From the NCBI RefSeq assembly GCF_029227855.1, contig NZ_CP074356.1: DNA of 64,000 nucleotides. The stretch is one strand, 5' to 3'. Origin of the DNA: Escherichia coli. GTDB lineage: Bacteria > Pseudomonadota > Gammaproteobacteria > Enterobacterales > Enterobacteriaceae. Position 1 is the first letter of the stretch, and every line of letters begins with the position of its first letter. The notes under the pieces were generated by a model. That model had not been told where the DNA came from. It was given only the letters and a program-made list of their open reading frames with translations, and made no database searches. The position numbers and the translations under genes are program-made. Of this stretch, positions 10,768-24,174 are shown in pieces.

Positions 10768-13350
10768 ATGCAAGAGCAATACCGCCCGGAAGAGATAGAA
10801 TCCAAAGTACAGCTTCATTGGGATGAGAAGCGCACATTTGAAGTAACCGAAGACGAGAGCAAAGAGAAGTATTACTGCCTGTCTATGCTTCCCTATCCTT
10901 CTGGTCGACTACACATGGGCCACGTACGTAACTACACCATTGGTGACGTGATCGCCCGCTACCAGCGTATGCTGGGCAAAAACGTCCTGCAGCCGATCGG
11001 CTGGGACGCGTTTGGTCTGCCTGCGGAAGGCGCGGCGGTGAAAAACAACACCGCACCGGCACCGTGGACGTACGACAACATCGCGTACATGAAAAACCAG
11101 CTCAAAATGCTGGGCTTTGGTTATGACTGGAGCCGCGAGCTGGCAACCTGTACACCGGAATACTACCGTTGGGAACAGAAATTCTTCACCGAGCTGTATA
11201 AAAAAGGCCTGGTATATAAGAAGACTTCTGCAGTCAACTGGTGCCCGAACGACCAGACCGTACTGGCGAACGAACAAGTTATCGACGGCTGCTGCTGGCG
11301 CTGCGATACCAAAGTTGAGCGTAAAGAGATCCCGCAATGGTTTATCAAAATCACCGCTTACGCTGACGAGCTGCTCAACGATCTGGATAAACTGGATCAC
11401 TGGCCAGACACCGTTAAAACCATGCAGCGTAACTGGATCGGTCGTTCCGAAGGCGTGGAAATCACCTTCAACGTTAACGACTATGACAACACGCTGACCG
11501 TTTACACTACCCGCCCGGACACCTTTATGGGTTGTACCTACCTGGCGGTAGCGGCGGGTCATCCGCTGGCGCAGAAAGCGGCGGAAAATAATCCTGAACT
11601 GGCGGCCTTTATTGACGAATGCCGTAACACCAAAGTTGCCGAAGCTGAAATGGCAACGATGGAGAAAAAAGGCGTCGATACTGGCTTTAAAGCGGTTCAC
11701 CCATTAACGGGCGAAGAAATTCCCGTTTGGGCAGCAAACTTCGTATTGATGGAGTACGGCACGGGCGCAGTTATGGCGGTTCCGGGTCACGACCAGCGCG
11801 ACTACGAGTTTGCCTCTAAATACGGCCTGAACATCAAACCGGTTATCCTGGCAGCTGACGGCTCTGAGCCAGATCTTTCTCAGCAAGCCCTGACTGAAAA
11901 AGGCGTTCTGTTCAACTCTGGCGAGTTCAACGGTCTTGACCATGAAGCGGCCTTCAACGCTATCGCCGATAAACTGACTGCGATGGGCGTTGGCGAGCGT
12001 AAAGTGAACTACCGTCTGCGCGACTGGGGTGTTTCCCGTCAACGTTACTGGGGCGCGCCGATTCCGATGGTGACGCTGGAAGACGGTACCGTAATGCCGA
12101 CCCCGGACGACCAGCTGCCGGTGATCCTGCCGGAAGATGTGGTGATGGACGGCATTACCAGCCCGATTAAAGCAGATCCGGAGTGGGCAAAAACTACCGT
12201 TAACGGTATGCCAGCACTGCGTGAAACCGACACTTTCGACACCTTTATGGAGTCCTCCTGGTACTATGCGCGCTACACTTGCCCGGAGTACAAAGAAGGT
12301 ATGCTGGATTCCAAAGCGGCTAACTACTGGCTGCCGGTGGATATCTACATTGGTGGTATCGAACACGCCATTATGCACCTGCTCTACTTCCGCTTCTTCC
12401 ACAAACTGATGCGTGATGCAGGTATGGTGAACTCTGACGAACCAGCGAAACAGTTGCTGTGTCAGGGTATGGTGCTGGCAGATGCCTTCTACTATGTTGG
12501 CGAAAACGGCGAACGTAACTGGGTTTCCCCGGTTGATGCTATCGTTGAACGTGACGAGAAAGGCCGTATCGTGAAAGCGAAAGATGCGGCTGGCCATGAA
12601 CTGGTTTATACCGGCATGAGCAAAATGTCCAAGTCGAAGAACAACGGTATCGACCCGCAGGTGATGGTTGAACGTTACGGCGCGGACACCGTTCGTCTGT
12701 TTATGATGTTTGCTTCTCCGGCTGATATGACTCTCGAATGGCAGGAATCCGGCGTGGAAGGGGCTAACCGCTTCCTGAAACGTGTCTGGAAACTGGTTTA
12801 CGAGCACACAGCGAAAGGTGATGTTGCGGCACTGAACGTTGATGCGCTGACTGAAGATCAGAAAGCGCTGCGTCGCGATGTGCATAAAACGATCGCTAAA
12901 GTGACCGATGATATCGGCCGTCGTCAGACCTTCAACACCGCAATTGCGGCGATTATGGAGCTGATGAACAAACTGGCGAAAGCACCGACCGATGGCGAGC
13001 AGGACCGCGCCCTGATGCAGGAAGCGCTGCTGGCGGTAGTCCGTATGCTTAACCCGTTCACCCCGCACATCTGCTTCACGCTGTGGCAGGAACTGAAAGG
13101 CGAAGGCGATATCGACAACGCACCGTGGCCGGTTGCTGACGAAAAAGCGATGGTGGAAGACTCCACGCTGGTCGTGGTGCAGGTTAACGGTAAAGTCCGT
13201 GCAAAAATCACCGTTCCGGTGGACGCAACGGAAGAACAGGTTCGCGAACGTGCTGGCCAGGAACATCTGGTAGCAAAATATCTTGATGGCGTTACCGTGC
13301 GTAAAGTGATTTACGTACCCGGTAAACTCCTCAATCTGGTCGTTGGCTAA
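10768..13350 (+). CDS. leuS: Leucyl-tRNA synthetase
   Basis: 860 aa from [11 protein letters not shown]; class I HMGH and KMSKS motifs present; ORF track extends upstream in frame to 10627. Confidence 0.96.
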   Translation: MQEQYRPEEIESKVQLHWDEKRTFEVTEDESKEKYYCLSMLPYPSGRLHMGHVRNYTIGDVIARYQRMLGKNVLQPIGWDAFGLPAEGAAVKNNTAPAPWTYDNIAYMKNQLKMLGFGYDWSRELATCTPEYYRWEQKFFTELYKKGLVYKKTSAVNWCPNDQTVLANEQVIDGCCWRCDTKVERKEIPQWFIKITAYADELLNDLDKLDHWPDTVKTMQRNWIGRSEGVEITFNVNDYDNTLTVYTTRPDTFMGCTYLAVAAGHPLAQKAAENNPELAAFIDECRNTKVAEAEMATMEKKGVDTGFKAVHPLTGEEIPVWAANFVLMEYGTGAVMAVPGHDQRDYEFASKYGLNIKPVILAADGSEPDLSQQALTEKGVLFNSGEFNGLDHEAAFNAIADKLTAMGVGERKVNYRLRDWGVSRQRYWGAPIPMVTLEDGTVMPTPDDQLPVILPEDVVMDGITSPIKADPEWAKTTVNGMPALRETDTFDTFMESSWYYARYTCPEYKEGMLDSKAANYWLPVDIYIGGIEHAIMHLLYFRFFHKLMRDAGMVNSDEPAKQLLCQGMVLADAFYYVGENGERNWVSPVDAIVERDEKGRIVKAKDAAGHELVYTGMSKMSKSKNNGIDPQVMVERYGADTVRLFMMFASPADMTLEWQESGVEGANRFLKRVWKLVYEHTAKGDVAALNVDALTEDQKALRRDVHKTIAKVTDDIGRRQTFNTAIAAIMELMNKLAKAPTDGEQDRALMQEALLAVVRMLNPFTPHICFTLWQELKGEGDIDNAPWPVADEKAMVEDSTLVVVQVNGKVRAKITVPVDATEEQVRERAGQEHLVAKYLDGVTVRKVIYVPGKLLNLVVG

Positions 13351-13364
13351 GCGCGGGAGGAAGC

Positions 13365-13946
13365 GTGCGATATCTGGCAACATTGTTGTTATCTCTGGCG
13401 GTGTTAATCACCGCCGGGTGTGGCTGGCATCTGCGTGATACCACGCAGGTTCCTTCCACTATGAAGGTCATGATCCTGGACTCAGGCGATCCGAACGGGC
13501 CATTAAGCCGTGCGGTGCGTAACCAGTTACGTCTGAATGGTGTCGAGTTGCTTGATAAAGAAACCACGCGTAAGGACGTTCCATCCCTGCGTTTGGGTAA
13601 AGTGAGCATCGCGAAAGATACCGCATCGGTATTCCGTAACGGTCAAACAGCAGAGTATCAGATGATCATGACGGTCAATGCGACCGTGTTGATCCCCGGC
13701 CGTGACATCTACCCGATTAGCGCCAAAGTCTTCCGTTCGTTCTTCGATAACCCGCAAATGGCGTTAGCGAAAGATAACGAACAAGACATGATCGTAAAAG
13801 AGATGTACGACCGTGCTGCCGAACAGCTGATTCGTAAGCTGCCAAGCATCCGTGCTGCGGATATTCGTTCCGACGAAGAACAGACGTCGACCACAACGGA
13901 TACTCCGGCAACGCCTGCACGCGTCTCTACCACGCTGGGTAACTGA
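13365..13946 (+). CDS. lptE: LPS assembly lipoprotein LptE (RlpB)
   Basis: GTG start with gggagga RBS; lipobox LITAGC; 193 aa. Confidence 0.93.
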
Positions 13947-14977
13947 TGATTCGGTTGTACCCGGAACAACTCCGCGCGCAGCTCAATGAAGGGCTGCGCG
14001 CGGCGTATCTTTTACTTGGTAACGATCCTCTGTTATTGCAGGAAAGCCAGGACGCTATTCGTCAGGTCGCTGCGGCGCAAGGGTTCGAAGAACACCACAC
14101 TTTTTCCATTGATCCCAACACTGACTGGAATGCGATCTTTTCGTTATGCCAGGCCATGAGTCTGTTTGCCAGTCGACAAACGCTATTGCTGTTGTTACCC
14201 GAAAACGGACCGAATGCGGCGATCAATGAACAACTTCTCACACTCACCGGACTTCTGCATGACGACCTGCTGTTGATCGTCCGCGGTAATAAATTAAGCA
14301 AAGCGCAAGAAAATGCCGCCTGGTTTACTGCTCTTGCGAATCGCAGCGTGCAGGTGACCTGTCAGACACCGGAGCAGGCTCAGCTTCCCCGCTGGGTTGC
14401 TGCGCGTGCAAAACAGCTCAACTTAGAACTGGATGACGCTGCAAACCAAGTGCTCTGCTACTGTTATGAAGGTAACCTGCTGGCGCTGGCCCAGGCACTG
14501 GAGCGTTTATCGCTGCTCTGGCCAGACGGCAAACTGACATTACCGCGCGTTGAACAGGCGGTGAATGATGCCGCGCATTTCACCCCTTTTCATTGGGTTG
14601 ATGCTTTGTTGATGGGAAAAAGTAAGCGCGCGTTGCATATTCTTCAGCAACTTCGTCTGGAAGGCAGCGAACCGGTTATTTTGTTGCGCACATTACAACG
14701 TGAACTGTTGTTACTGGTTAACCTGAAACGCCAGTCTGCCCATACGCCACTGCGTGCATTGTTTGATAAGCATCGGGTATGGCAGAACCGCCGGGGCATG
14801 ATGGGCGAGGCGTTAAATCGCTTAAGCCAGCCGCAGTTACGTCAGGCCGTGCAACTCCTGACACGAACGGAACTCACCCTCAAACAAGATTACGGTCAGT
14901 CAGTGTGGGCAGAGCTGGAAGGGTTATCTCTTCTGTTGTGCCATAAACCTCTGGCGGACGTATTTATCGACGGTTGA
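13946..14977 (+). CDS. holA: DNA polymerase III delta subunit
   Basis: 343 aa; TGATG overlap with lptE; conserved lptE-holA-nadD order. Confidence 0.93.
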
Positions 14978-14978
14978 T

Positions 14979-15620
14979 ATGAAATCTTTACAGGCTCTGT
15001 TTGGCGGCACCTTTGATCCGGTGCACTATGGACATCTTAAACCCGTGGAAACGCTGGCGAATTTGATTGGTCTGACGCGGGTCACAATCATCCCTAATAA
15101 TGTTCCTCCGCATCGTCCCCAGCCGGAAGCGAACAGCGTGCAGCGTAAACACATGCTTGAACTGGCGATTGCCGACAAGCCATTATTTACTCTTGATGAA
15201 CGCGAGCTAAAGCGCAATGCCCCCTCTTACACTGCGCAAACACTGAAAGAGTGGCGGCAGGAACAAGGGCCAGACGTGCCGCTGGCGTTTATTATTGGTC
15301 AGGATTCACTGCTGACCTTTCCGACCTGGTACGAATACGAAACGATACTCGACAATGCACATTTGATCGTCTGTCGGCGTCCAGGTTACCCACTTGAAAT
15401 GGCGCAACCGCAATACCAGCAATGGCTGGAAGATCATTTGACACATAACCCGGAAGATCTTCACCTTCAGCCTGCCGGTAAAATTTATCTGGCTGAAACG
15501 CCGTGGTTTAACATCTCGGCGACCATCATCCGCGAACGTTTGCAAAACGGTGAATCGTGTGAGGATTTATTGCCGGAACCGGTACTGACTTACATTAACC
15601 AACAAGGCTTGTATCGCTGA
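14979..15620 (+). CDS. nadD: Nicotinate-mononucleotide adenylyltransferase NadD
   Basis: [11 protein letters not shown] nucleotidyltransferase motif; 213 aa. Confidence 0.95.
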
Positions 15621-15643
15621 TACCTGTCGTTACGGAGGGCATG

Positions 15644-16255
15644 ATGCGACTGTGGTTAATTCGTCATGGCGAAACGCAAGCGAATATCGATGGTCTGTAC
15701 AGCGGTCATGCTCCCACACCCCTGACTGCGCGCGGTATTGAGCAAGCGCAAAATCTGCATACGCTGCTACATGGTGTTTCCTTTGACCTGGTTTTATGCA
15801 GTGAACTGGAACGGGCACAGCATACCGCGCGACGGGTTCTCAGTGATCGCCAGCTTCCCGTGCAAATCATCCCTGAACTCAACGAAATGTTTTTTGGCGA
15901 CTGGGAGATGCGACATCATCGCGACCTCATGCAAGAAGATGCCGAAAACTATAGCGCGTGGTGCAATGACTGGCAGCATGCTATCCCCACGAACGGTGAA
16001 GGATTTCAGGCATTTTCACAACGAGTGGAACGGTTTATCGCAAGGCTTAGTGAATTTCAGCACTATCAGAATATTTTAGTCGTCAGCCATCAGGGTGTAC
16101 TGAGTCTGTTAATCGCCCGTTTAATTGGTATGCCTGCCGAAGCTATGTGGCATTTTCGCGTTGACCAGGGGTGTTGGAGCGCCATTGATATCAACCAAAA
16201 ATTCGCGACGCTACGCGTCCTCAATAGCCGTGCCATCGGGGTCGAGAATGCATGA
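15644..16255 (+). CDS. cobC: Histidine phosphatase family protein (alpha-ribazole phosphatase CobC/PhpB)
   Basis: RHGET catalytic motif; 203 aa from second Met. Confidence 0.9.
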   Translation: MRLWLIRHGETQANIDGLYSGHAPTPLTARGIEQAQNLHTLLHGVSFDLVLCSELERAQHTARRVLSDRQLPVQIIPELNEMFFGDWEMRHHRDLMQEDAENYSAWCNDWQHAIPTNGEGFQAFSQRVERFIARLSEFQHYQNILVVSHQGVLSLLIARLIGMPAEAMWHFRVDQGCWSAIDINQKFATLRVLNSRAIGVENA

Positions 16256-16496
16256 CTTTTCTGTTTTTTTACGGGTAAGCCGCAACGACCATTGACAGCC
16301 CCGGGCAGGCTGATATTCTCCGCAGCCAGACTTTTTTCGCCAGACACGACTTTGTAGAAATTGTTTTACAAAAATGGCGATGCAATCTGCGGCGCGGGGT
16401 GGGATGATAGCCCACTTTCGAAAGCCGATTCGGCGACAATTGTCCCGAAATCGCCTCTGGTTCAGGTATACTGACAGACCATTTTTATCTATTTGA

Positions 16497-16832
<336 letters not shown>

Positions 16833-16835
16833 TGC

Positions 16836-17303
16836 GTGAAGCTGCAACTTGTCGCCGTGGGAACGAAAATGCCGGACTGGGTACAAACCGGTTTTACCGA
16901 GTACCTGCGTCGTTTTCCGAAAGATATGCCCTTCGAGCTGATTGAAATTCCGGCCGGAAAACGCGGCAAGAATGCGGACATCAAGCGCATACTCGACAAA
17001 GAGGGTGAGCAGATGTTGGCGGCCGCAGGCAAAAACCGCATTGTCACCCTCGATATTCCAGGCAAGCCCTGGGATACGCCGCAGTTAGCCGCTGAGCTGG
17101 AACGCTGGAAGCTGGATGGTCGCGACGTCAGTCTACTGATTGGCGGGCCTGAAGGGTTGTCGCCTGCCTGTAAAGCGGCGGCGGAGCAGAGCTGGTCGCT
17201 GTCGGCGCTTACCCTCCCCCATCCGTTGGTTCGCGTGCTGGTCGCAGAGAGTCTGTACCGGGCGTGGAGCATCACCACCAACCATCCTTATCACCGTGAG
17301 TGA
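16836..17303 (+). CDS. rlmH: 23S rRNA m3Psi1915 methyltransferase RlmH
   Basis: 155 aa SPOUT-family ORF, GTG start, immediately after rsfS. Confidence 0.93.
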
Positions 17304-17333
17304 TAAGGGAGCTTTGAGTAGAAAACGCAGCGG

Positions 17334-19235
17334 ATGAAACTACAGAACTCTTTTCGCGACTATACGGCAGAGTCCGCGCTGTTTGTGCGCCGGGCGCTGG
17401 TCGCCTTTTTGGGGATTTTGCTGCTGACCGGCGTGCTTATCGCCAACCTGTATAATCTGCAAATTGTTCGCTATACCGATTACCAGACCCGCTCTAATGA
17501 AAACCGCATTAAGCTGGTGCCTATCGCGCCCAGCCGCGGCATTATCTACGACCGTAACGGTATCCCTCTGGCCCTCAACCGCACTATCTACCAGATAGAA
17601 ATGATGCCGGAGAAAGTCGATAACGTGCAGCAAACGCTGGACGCTTTGCGCAGCGTGGTTGATCTGACCGATGACGATATTGCTGCATTCCGAAAAGAGC
17701 GCGCACGTTCACACCGTTTCACCTCCATTCCGGTGAAAACTAACCTGACCGAAGTACAAGTAGCTCGCTTTGCCGTCAATCAGTACCGTTTTCCGGGTGT
17801 TGAAGTTAAAGGCTATAAACGTCGTTACTATCCTTACGGTTCGGCGTTGACCCACGTCATCGGCTATGTGTCGAAAATCAACGATAAAGACGTCGAACGC
17901 CTGAATAATGACGGCAAACTGGCCAACTATGCGGCAACGCATGATATCGGTAAGCTGGGCATTGAGCGTTACTATGAAGACGTGCTGCACGGTCAGACCG
18001 GTTATGAAGAGGTTGAAGTTAACAACCGTGGGCGTGTTATCCGCCAGTTAAAAGAAGTGCCACCGCAAGCCGGACACGATATTTACCTGACGCTGGATCT
18101 CAAACTCCAGCAATATATTGAAACGCTGCTGGCGGGTAGCCGCGCAGCGGTGGTAGTCACCGATCCGCGTACAGGTGGGGTGCTGGCGCTGGTTTCCACG
18201 CCTAGTTATGACCCAAACCTATTTGTTGACGGTATCTCCAGCAAAGATTATTCCGCCTTGCTGAACGACCCGAATACACCGCTGGTGAACCGCGCCACAC
18301 AGGGGGTTTATCCTCCCGCGTCTACAGTTAAACCCTATGTGGCGGTTTCGGCATTGAGCGCCGGAGTGATCACGCGCAATACGACGCTGTTTGACCCAGG
18401 CTGGTGGCAACTGCCAGGTTCGGAAAAACGTTATCGTGACTGGAAAAAATGGGGCCACGGGCGTCTGAATGTCACAAGATCGCTGGAAGAATCTGCGGAT
18501 ACCTTCTTCTATCAGGTGGCCTACGATATGGGAATCGATCGCCTCTCCGAATGGATGGGTAAATTCGGTTATGGTCATTACACCGGTATCGACCTGGCGG
18601 AAGAACGTTCCGGCAACATGCCTACCCGCGAATGGAAACAGAAACGCTTTAAAAAACCGTGGTATCAGGGTGACACCATTCCGGTTGGTATCGGTCAGGG
18701 TTACTGGACAGCGACCCCAATCCAGATGAGTAAGGCACTGATGATCCTGATTAATGACGGTATCGTGAAGGTTCCGCATTTGCTGATGAGCACCGCCGAA
18801 GACGGCAAACAGGTGCCATGGGTACAACCGCATGAACCGCCCGTCGGCGATATTCATTCCGGTTACTGGGAGCTGGCAAAAGACGGTATGTACGGTGTTG
18901 CTAACCGCCCTAACGGTACGGCGCATAAATACTTTGCCAGCGCACCGTACAAAATTGCGGCGAAATCTGGTACAGCTCAGGTCTTCGGTCTGAAAGCGAA
19001 CGAAACCTATAATGCGCACAAAATTGCCGAGCGTTTACGTGACCACAAACTGATGACTGCCTTTGCGCCATACAACAATCCGCAAGTGGCTGTCGCCATG
19101 ATTCTGGAGAACGGTGGCGCGGGTCCAGCGGTTGGTACGCTGATGCGCCAGATCCTCGACCACATTATGCTGGGTGATAACAACACCGATCTGCCTGCGG
19201 AAAATCCAGCGGTTGCCGCAGCGGAGGACCATTAA
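17334..19235 (+). CDS. mrdA: Penicillin-binding protein 2 (elongasome transpeptidase)
   Basis: 633 aa; N-terminal TM, SxxK active site (STVK), KSG motif. Confidence 0.96.
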   Translation: MKLQNSFRDYTAESALFVRRALVAFLGILLLTGVLIANLYNLQIVRYTDYQTRSNENRIKLVPIAPSRGIIYDRNGIPLALNRTIYQIEMMPEKVDNVQQTLDALRSVVDLTDDDIAAFRKERARSHRFTSIPVKTNLTEVQVARFAVNQYRFPGVEVKGYKRRYYPYGSALTHVIGYVSKINDKDVERLNNDGKLANYAATHDIGKLGIERYYEDVLHGQTGYEEVEVNNRGRVIRQLKEVPPQAGHDIYLTLDLKLQQYIETLLAGSRAAVVVTDPRTGGVLALVSTPSYDPNLFVDGISSKDYSALLNDPNTPLVNRATQGVYPPASTVKPYVAVSALSAGVITRNTTLFDPGWWQLPGSEKRYRDWKKWGHGRLNVTRSLEESADTFFYQVAYDMGIDRLSEWMGKFGYGHYTGIDLAEERSGNMPTREWKQKRFKKPWYQGDTIPVGIGQGYWTATPIQMSKALMILINDGIVKVPHLLMSTAEDGKQVPWVQPHEPPVGDIHSGYWELAKDGMYGVANRPNGTAHKYFASAPYKIAAKSGTAQVFGLKANETYNAHKIAERLRDHKLMTAFAPYNNPQVAVAMILENGGAGPAVGTLMRQILDHIMLGDNNTDLPAENPAVAAAEDH

Positions 19236-19237
19236 TC

Positions 19238-20350
19238 ATGACGGATAATCCGAATAAAAAAACATTCTGGGATAAAGTCCATCTCGATCCCACAATGCTG
19301 CTGATCTTACTGGCATTGCTGGTTTACAGCGCCCTGGTTATCTGGAGCGCCAGCGGTCAGGATATTGGCATGATGGAGCGTAAAATCGGCCAAATCGCGA
19401 TGGGTCTGGTCATCATGGTGGTGATGGCGCAAATTCCTCCACGCGTTTATGAAGGCTGGGCCCCCTATCTCTATATCATCTGTATTATTTTGCTGGTGGC
19501 AGTAGATGCTTTTGGTGCCATCTCTAAAGGCGCTCAACGCTGGCTGGACCTCGGTATCGTTCGTTTTCAGCCGTCGGAAATTGCCAAAATAGCCGTACCA
19601 CTGATGGTAGCGCGCTTTATCAACCGCGACGTTTGCCCGCCATCGTTGAAGAACACTGGCATCGCGCTGGTGCTGATATTTATGCCCACGCTGCTGGTGG
19701 CTGCACAGCCTGACCTGGGAACATCAATCCTCGTTGCGCTTTCCGGTCTGTTTGTACTGTTCCTCTCTGGCCTTAGCTGGCGTCTGATTGGCGTCGCAGT
19801 AGTGCTGGTAGCGGCGTTCATTCCGATTCTGTGGTTCTTCCTGATGCATGATTACCAGCGCCAGCGCGTAATGATGCTCCTGGACCCGGAATCAGACCCA
19901 CTCGGCGCGGGCTATCACATTATTCAGTCTAAAATTGCTATTGGCTCCGGCGGATTACGCGGCAAAGGCTGGCTGCACGGCACTCAGTCACAACTTGAAT
20001 TTCTCCCCGAACGCCATACCGACTTTATCTTCGCGGTACTGGCGGAAGAGCTGGGATTAGTGGGCATTTTGATTCTGCTCGCTCTCTACATTCTGCTGAT
20101 CATGCGCGGGCTGTGGATAGCCGCCAGAGCGCAAACCACCTTTGGTCGCGTCATGGCTGGCGGCTTAATGCTGATATTATTCGTTTATGTCTTCGTAAAT
20201 ATTGGTATGGTAAGCGGTATTCTGCCGGTTGTAGGGGTTCCGCTCCCACTGGTCAGTTATGGAGGATCGGCGCTAATTGTGCTGATGGCTGGGTTCGGGA
20301 TTGTAATGTCAATCCACACCCACAGGAAAATGTTGTCGAAAAGCGTGTAA
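19238..20350 (+). CDS. mrdB: Peptidoglycan glycosyltransferase RodA (SEDS family)
   Basis: 370 aa polytopic membrane protein directly after mrdA. Confidence 0.96.
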   Translation: MTDNPNKKTFWDKVHLDPTMLLILLALLVYSALVIWSASGQDIGMMERKIGQIAMGLVIMVVMAQIPPRVYEGWAPYLYIICIILLVAVDAFGAISKGAQRWLDLGIVRFQPSEIAKIAVPLMVARFINRDVCPPSLKNTGIALVLIFMPTLLVAAQPDLGTSILVALSGLFVLFLSGLSWRLIGVAVVLVAAFIPILWFFLMHDYQRQRVMMLLDPESDPLGAGYHIIQSKIAIGSGGLRGKGWLHGTQSQLEFLPERHTDFIFAVLAEELGLVGILILLALYILLIMRGLWIAARAQTTFGRVMAGGLMLILFVYVFVNIGMVSGILPVVGVPLPLVSYGGSALIVLMAGFGIVMSIHTHRKMLSKSV

Positions 20351-20360
20351 GAGGTGCGCA

Positions 20361-21449
20361 ATGCGTAAGCAGTGGCTCGGGATCTGCATCGCGGCAGGAA
20401 TGCTCGCGGCATGTACAAGCGATGATGGTCAGCAACAGACGGTAAGTGTACCGCAGCCTGCGGTATGTAACGGCCCCATAGTTGAAATTAGCGGGGCGGA
20501 CCCGCGTTTCGAACCACTGAACGCGACGGCAAATCAGGATTACCAGCGCGACGGTAAAAGCTACAAAATCGTGCAGGATCCGTCTCGATTTAGCCAGGCG
20601 GGACTGGCGGCAATCTATGATGCCGAACCCGGCAGTAACCTGACGGCCTCTGGCGAAGCATTCGATCCGACACAGTTGACGGCGGCCCATCCAACGCTTC
20701 CGATCCCCAGCTACGCCAGAATCACTAACCTGGCTAACGGGCGAATGATCGTGGTGCGCATTAATGATCGCGGTCCTTACGGCAACGACCGCGTTATTTC
20801 GCTTTCTCGCGCGGCAGCTGACCGTCTTAACACGTCAAACAACACCAAAGTTCGTATCGATCCGATTATTGTCGCCCAGGATGGTTCGCTTTCTGGTCCT
20901 GGTATGGCTTGTACCACAGTTGCCAAACAGACTTACGCCCTGCCTGCACCTCCCGATTTAAGCGGTGGCGCGGGAACAAGTTCAGTGTCTGGCCCGCAGG
21001 GTGACATTCTTCCGGTCAGTAATTCGACGCTAAAAAGCGAAGATCCGACCGGCGCGCCGGTAACCAGCAGCGGTTTCCTCGGTGCACCAACGACGTTAGC
21101 GCCTGGTGTGCTGGAAGGCAGCGAACCAACACCTGCGCCACAGCCCGTTGTTACAGCCCCCTCGACAACGCCTGCAACCTCGCCTGCAATGGTGACACCG
21201 CAAGCCGACTCACAAAGCGCCAGCGGCAACTTTATGGTGCAAGTCGGGGCCGTTAGCGATCAGGCTCGTGCGCAACAGTACCAACAGCAACTGGGACAGA
21301 AGTTCGGCGTCCCCGGTCGCGTAACTCAAAATGGCGCGGTCTGGCGGATCCAGCTTGGCCCATTCGCCAGCAAAGCCGAAGCCAGTACCTTGCAGCAACG
21401 TTTGCAAACCGAAGCCCAATTACAGTCATTTATTACCACCGCGCAGTAG
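20361..21449 (+). CDS. rlpA: Septal ring lytic transglycosylase RlpA (rare lipoprotein A)
   Basis: Lipobox LAAC, Pro/Ser/Thr-rich linker, C-terminal SPOR domain; 362 aa. Confidence 0.94.
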   Translation: MRKQWLGICIAAGMLAACTSDDGQQQTVSVPQPAVCNGPIVEISGADPRFEPLNATANQDYQRDGKSYKIVQDPSRFSQAGLAAIYDAEPGSNLTASGEAFDPTQLTAAHPTLPIPSYARITNLANGRMIVVRINDRGPYGNDRVISLSRAAADRLNTSNNTKVRIDPIIVAQDGSLSGPGMACTTVAKQTYALPAPPDLSGGAGTSSVSGPQGDILPVSNSTLKSEDPTGAPVTSSGFLGAPTTLAPGVLEGSEPTPAPQPVVTAPSTTPATSPAMVTPQADSQSASGNFMVQVGAVSDQARAQQYQQQLGQKFGVPGRVTQNGAVWRIQLGPFASKAEASTLQQRLQTEAQLQSFITTAQ

Positions 21450-21588
21450 CGTAAAGCAGGCATCTGATGTGTCAATTTCTGTAAATGACGTTAACAAAGT
21501 CACGCGGAAAGTCAGATGCCTGCCGGTAGTGCATTTGCTATAGTAGGGCACTTTTTTTAATTCCATCACGGATGTCGTAGTTCAGACC

Positions 21589-22800
21589 ATGAATACCATT
21601 TTTTCCGCTCGTATCATGAAGCGCCTGGCGCTCACCACGGCTCTTTGCACAGCCTTTATCTCTGCTGCACATGCCGATGACCTGAATATCAAAACTATGA
21701 TCCCGGGTGTACCGCAGATCGATGCGGAGTCCTACATCCTGATTGACTATAACTCCGGCAAAGTGCTCGCCGAACAGAACGCAGATGTCCGCCGCGATCC
21801 TGCCAGCCTGACCAAAATGATGACCAGTTACGTTATCGGCCAGGCAATGAAAGCCGGTAAATTTAAAGAAACTGATTTAGTCACTATCGGCAACGACGCA
21901 TGGGCCACCGGTAACCCGGTGTTTAAAGGCTCTTCACTGATGTTCCTCAAACCGGGCATGCAGGTTCCGGTTTCTCAGCTGATCCGCGGTATTAACCTGC
22001 AATCGGGTAACGATGCTTGTGTCGCCATGGCCGATTTTGCCGCTGGTAGCCAGGACGCTTTTGTTGGCTTGATGAACAGCTACGTTAACGCCCTGGGCCT
22101 GAAAAATACCCACTTCCAGACGGTACATGGTCTGGATGCTGATGGTCAGTACAGCTCCGCGCGAGATATGGCGCTGATCGGCCAGGCGTTGATCCGTGAC
22201 GTACCGAATGAATACTCGATCTATAAAGAAAAAGAATTTACGTTTAACGGTATTCGCCAGCTGAACCGTAACGGTCTGTTATGGGATAACAGCCTGAATG
22301 TCGACGGCATCAAAACCGGACACACTGACAAAGCAGGTTACAACCTTGTTGCTTCTGCGACTGAAGGCCAGATGCGCTTGATCTCTGCGGTGATGGGCGG
22401 ACGTACTTTTAAAGGCCGTGAAGCCGAAAGTAAAAAACTGCTGACCTGGGGCTTCCGTTTCTTCGAAACCGTTAACCCACTGAAAGTAGGTAAAGAGTTC
22501 GCCTCTGAACCGGTTTGGTTTGGTGATTCTGATCGCGCTTCGTTAGGTGTTGATAAAGACGTGTATCTGACCATTCCGCGTGGCCGCATGAAAGATCTGA
22601 AAGCCAGCTATGTGCTGAACAGCAGTGAATTGCATGCGCCGCTGCAAAAGAATCAGGTCGTCGGTACTATCAACTTCCAGCTTGATGGCAAAACGATCGA
22701 ACAACGCCCGCTGGTTGTGCTGCAAGAAATCCCGGAAGGCAACTTCTTCGGCAAAGTCATTGATTACATTAAATTAATGTTCCATCACTGGTTTGGTTAA
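21589..22800 (+). CDS. dacA: D-alanyl-D-alanine carboxypeptidase PBP5
   Basis: 403 aa; signal peptide; SLTK (SxxK), SGN and KTG motifs. Confidence 0.96.
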   Translation: MNTIFSARIMKRLALTTALCTAFISAAHADDLNIKTMIPGVPQIDAESYILIDYNSGKVLAEQNADVRRDPASLTKMMTSYVIGQAMKAGKFKETDLVTIGNDAWATGNPVFKGSSLMFLKPGMQVPVSQLIRGINLQSGNDACVAMADFAAGSQDAFVGLMNSYVNALGLKNTHFQTVHGLDADGQYSSARDMALIGQALIRDVPNEYSIYKEKEFTFNGIRQLNRNGLLWDNSLNVDGIKTGHTDKAGYNLVASATEGQMRLISAVMGGRTFKGREAESKKLLTWGFRFFETVNPLKVGKEFASEPVWFGDSDRASLGVDKDVYLTIPRGRMKDLKASYVLNSSELHAPLQKNQVVGTINFQLDGKTIEQRPLVVLQEIPEGNFFGKVIDYIKLMFHHWFG

Positions 22801-22851
22801 AAATCGAACACTTGAAAGTGTAATTTCCGTCCCCATATACTAAGCATCAGT

Positions 22852-22885
22852 AAAAAACTCCCGCCTTCTGGCGGGAGTTGCTATT
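22852..22885 (+). terminator. Intrinsic terminator after dacA
   Basis: ctcccgcc-ttct-ggcgggag hairpin then ttgctattt. Confidence 0.6.
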
Positions 22886-22909
22886 TAATTACGTTACGCC
22901 GGAGCTGAC

Positions 22910-23173
22910 ATGAAAACCAAACTTAACGAACTGCTTGAATTCCCTACTCCTTTTACTTACAAAGTTATGGGGCAGGCGTTACCTGAGCTGGTTGATCAGG
23001 TGGTTGAAGTGGTACAGCGCCATGCGCCAGGTGACTACACCCCAACGGTAAAACCAAGCAGCAAAGGCAACTACCACTCGGTATCTATCACTATCAACGC
23101 TACTCATATCGAGCAGGTTGAAACACTGTATGAAGAACTGGGCAAAATCGATATTGTCCGCATGGTTCTGTAA
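22910..23173 (+). CDS. ybeD: UPF0250 protein YbeD
   Basis: 87 aa conserved ORF between dacA and lipB. Confidence 0.9.
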
Positions 23174-23273
23174 CTCGCTTCTCCGTTACCCGGCTCCTGG
23201 TCGGGTAACTCCCCTCTCCTCGCTGTGATATACTTTTCCCCCACTTTTACTCATTCTCCACGGAGATGCCGTT

Positions 23274-23915
23274 TTGTATCAGGATAAAATTCTTGTCCGC
23301 CAGCTCGGTCTTCAGCCTTACGAGCCAATTTCCCAGGCTATGCATGAATTCACCGATACCCGCGATGATAGTACCCTTGATGAAATCTGGCTGGTCGAGC
23401 ACTATCCGGTATTCACCCAAGGGCAGGCAGGAAAAGCGGAGCACATTTTAATGCCGGGTGATATTCCGGTGATTCAGAGCGATCGCGGTGGGCAGGTGAC
23501 TTATCACGGGCCGGGGCAACAGGTGATGTATGTGTTGCTTAACCTGAAACGCCGTAAACTCGGTGTGCGTGAACTGGTGACCTTGCTTGAGCAAACAGTG
23601 GTGAATACCCTGGCTGAACTGGGTATAGAAGCGCATCCTCGGGCTGACGCGCCTGGTGTCTATGTCGGGGAAAAGAAAATTTGCTCACTGGGTTTACGTA
23701 TTCGACGCGGTTGTTCATTCCACGGTCTGGCATTAAACGTCAATATGGATCTTTCACCATTTTTACGTATTAATCCTTGTGGGTATGCCGGAATGGAAAT
23801 GGCTAAAATATCACAATGGAAACCCGAAGCGACGACTAATAATATTGCACCGCGTTTACTGGAAAATATTTTAGCGCTACTAAACAATCCTGACTTCGAA
23901 TATATTACCGCTTAA
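23274..23915 (+). CDS. lipB: Octanoyltransferase LipB
   Basis: 213 aa, TTG start, N-terminus [12 protein letters not shown]. Confidence 0.93.
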
Positions 23916-24174
23916 TTGCATACCTCAATGGCCCAATTTACACTGGGTCATTACTCATAATACCTGCTAATGCTTTACATCTCCTTCGCGTTTGTATATT
24001 TTCTTTATCACTTGCAGAAATGCGATGCTACGCCTTGCTCCGTAACTCACCCCATTGATTAACTTATTGAAATAGTTGATTATGGTGAGCAAAAGCGTTC
24101 CGTTCCAATTAGACATAAGATTATTGTAATTTTTTTAAATATTATTTTTCCATGAATAAAATTGGAGTAAGTGC

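Noticed and set aside
11704-13383. 559-codon ORF on the minus strand lying entirely antisense to leuS (and a 263-codon one at 10909..11700)
   Set aside because: leuS on the plus strand is unambiguous (HMGH and KMSKS motifs, full length). Long antisense ORFs are a common artefact of codon bias in highly expressed GC-balanced genes, and the antisense translations have no recognisable domains or RBS.
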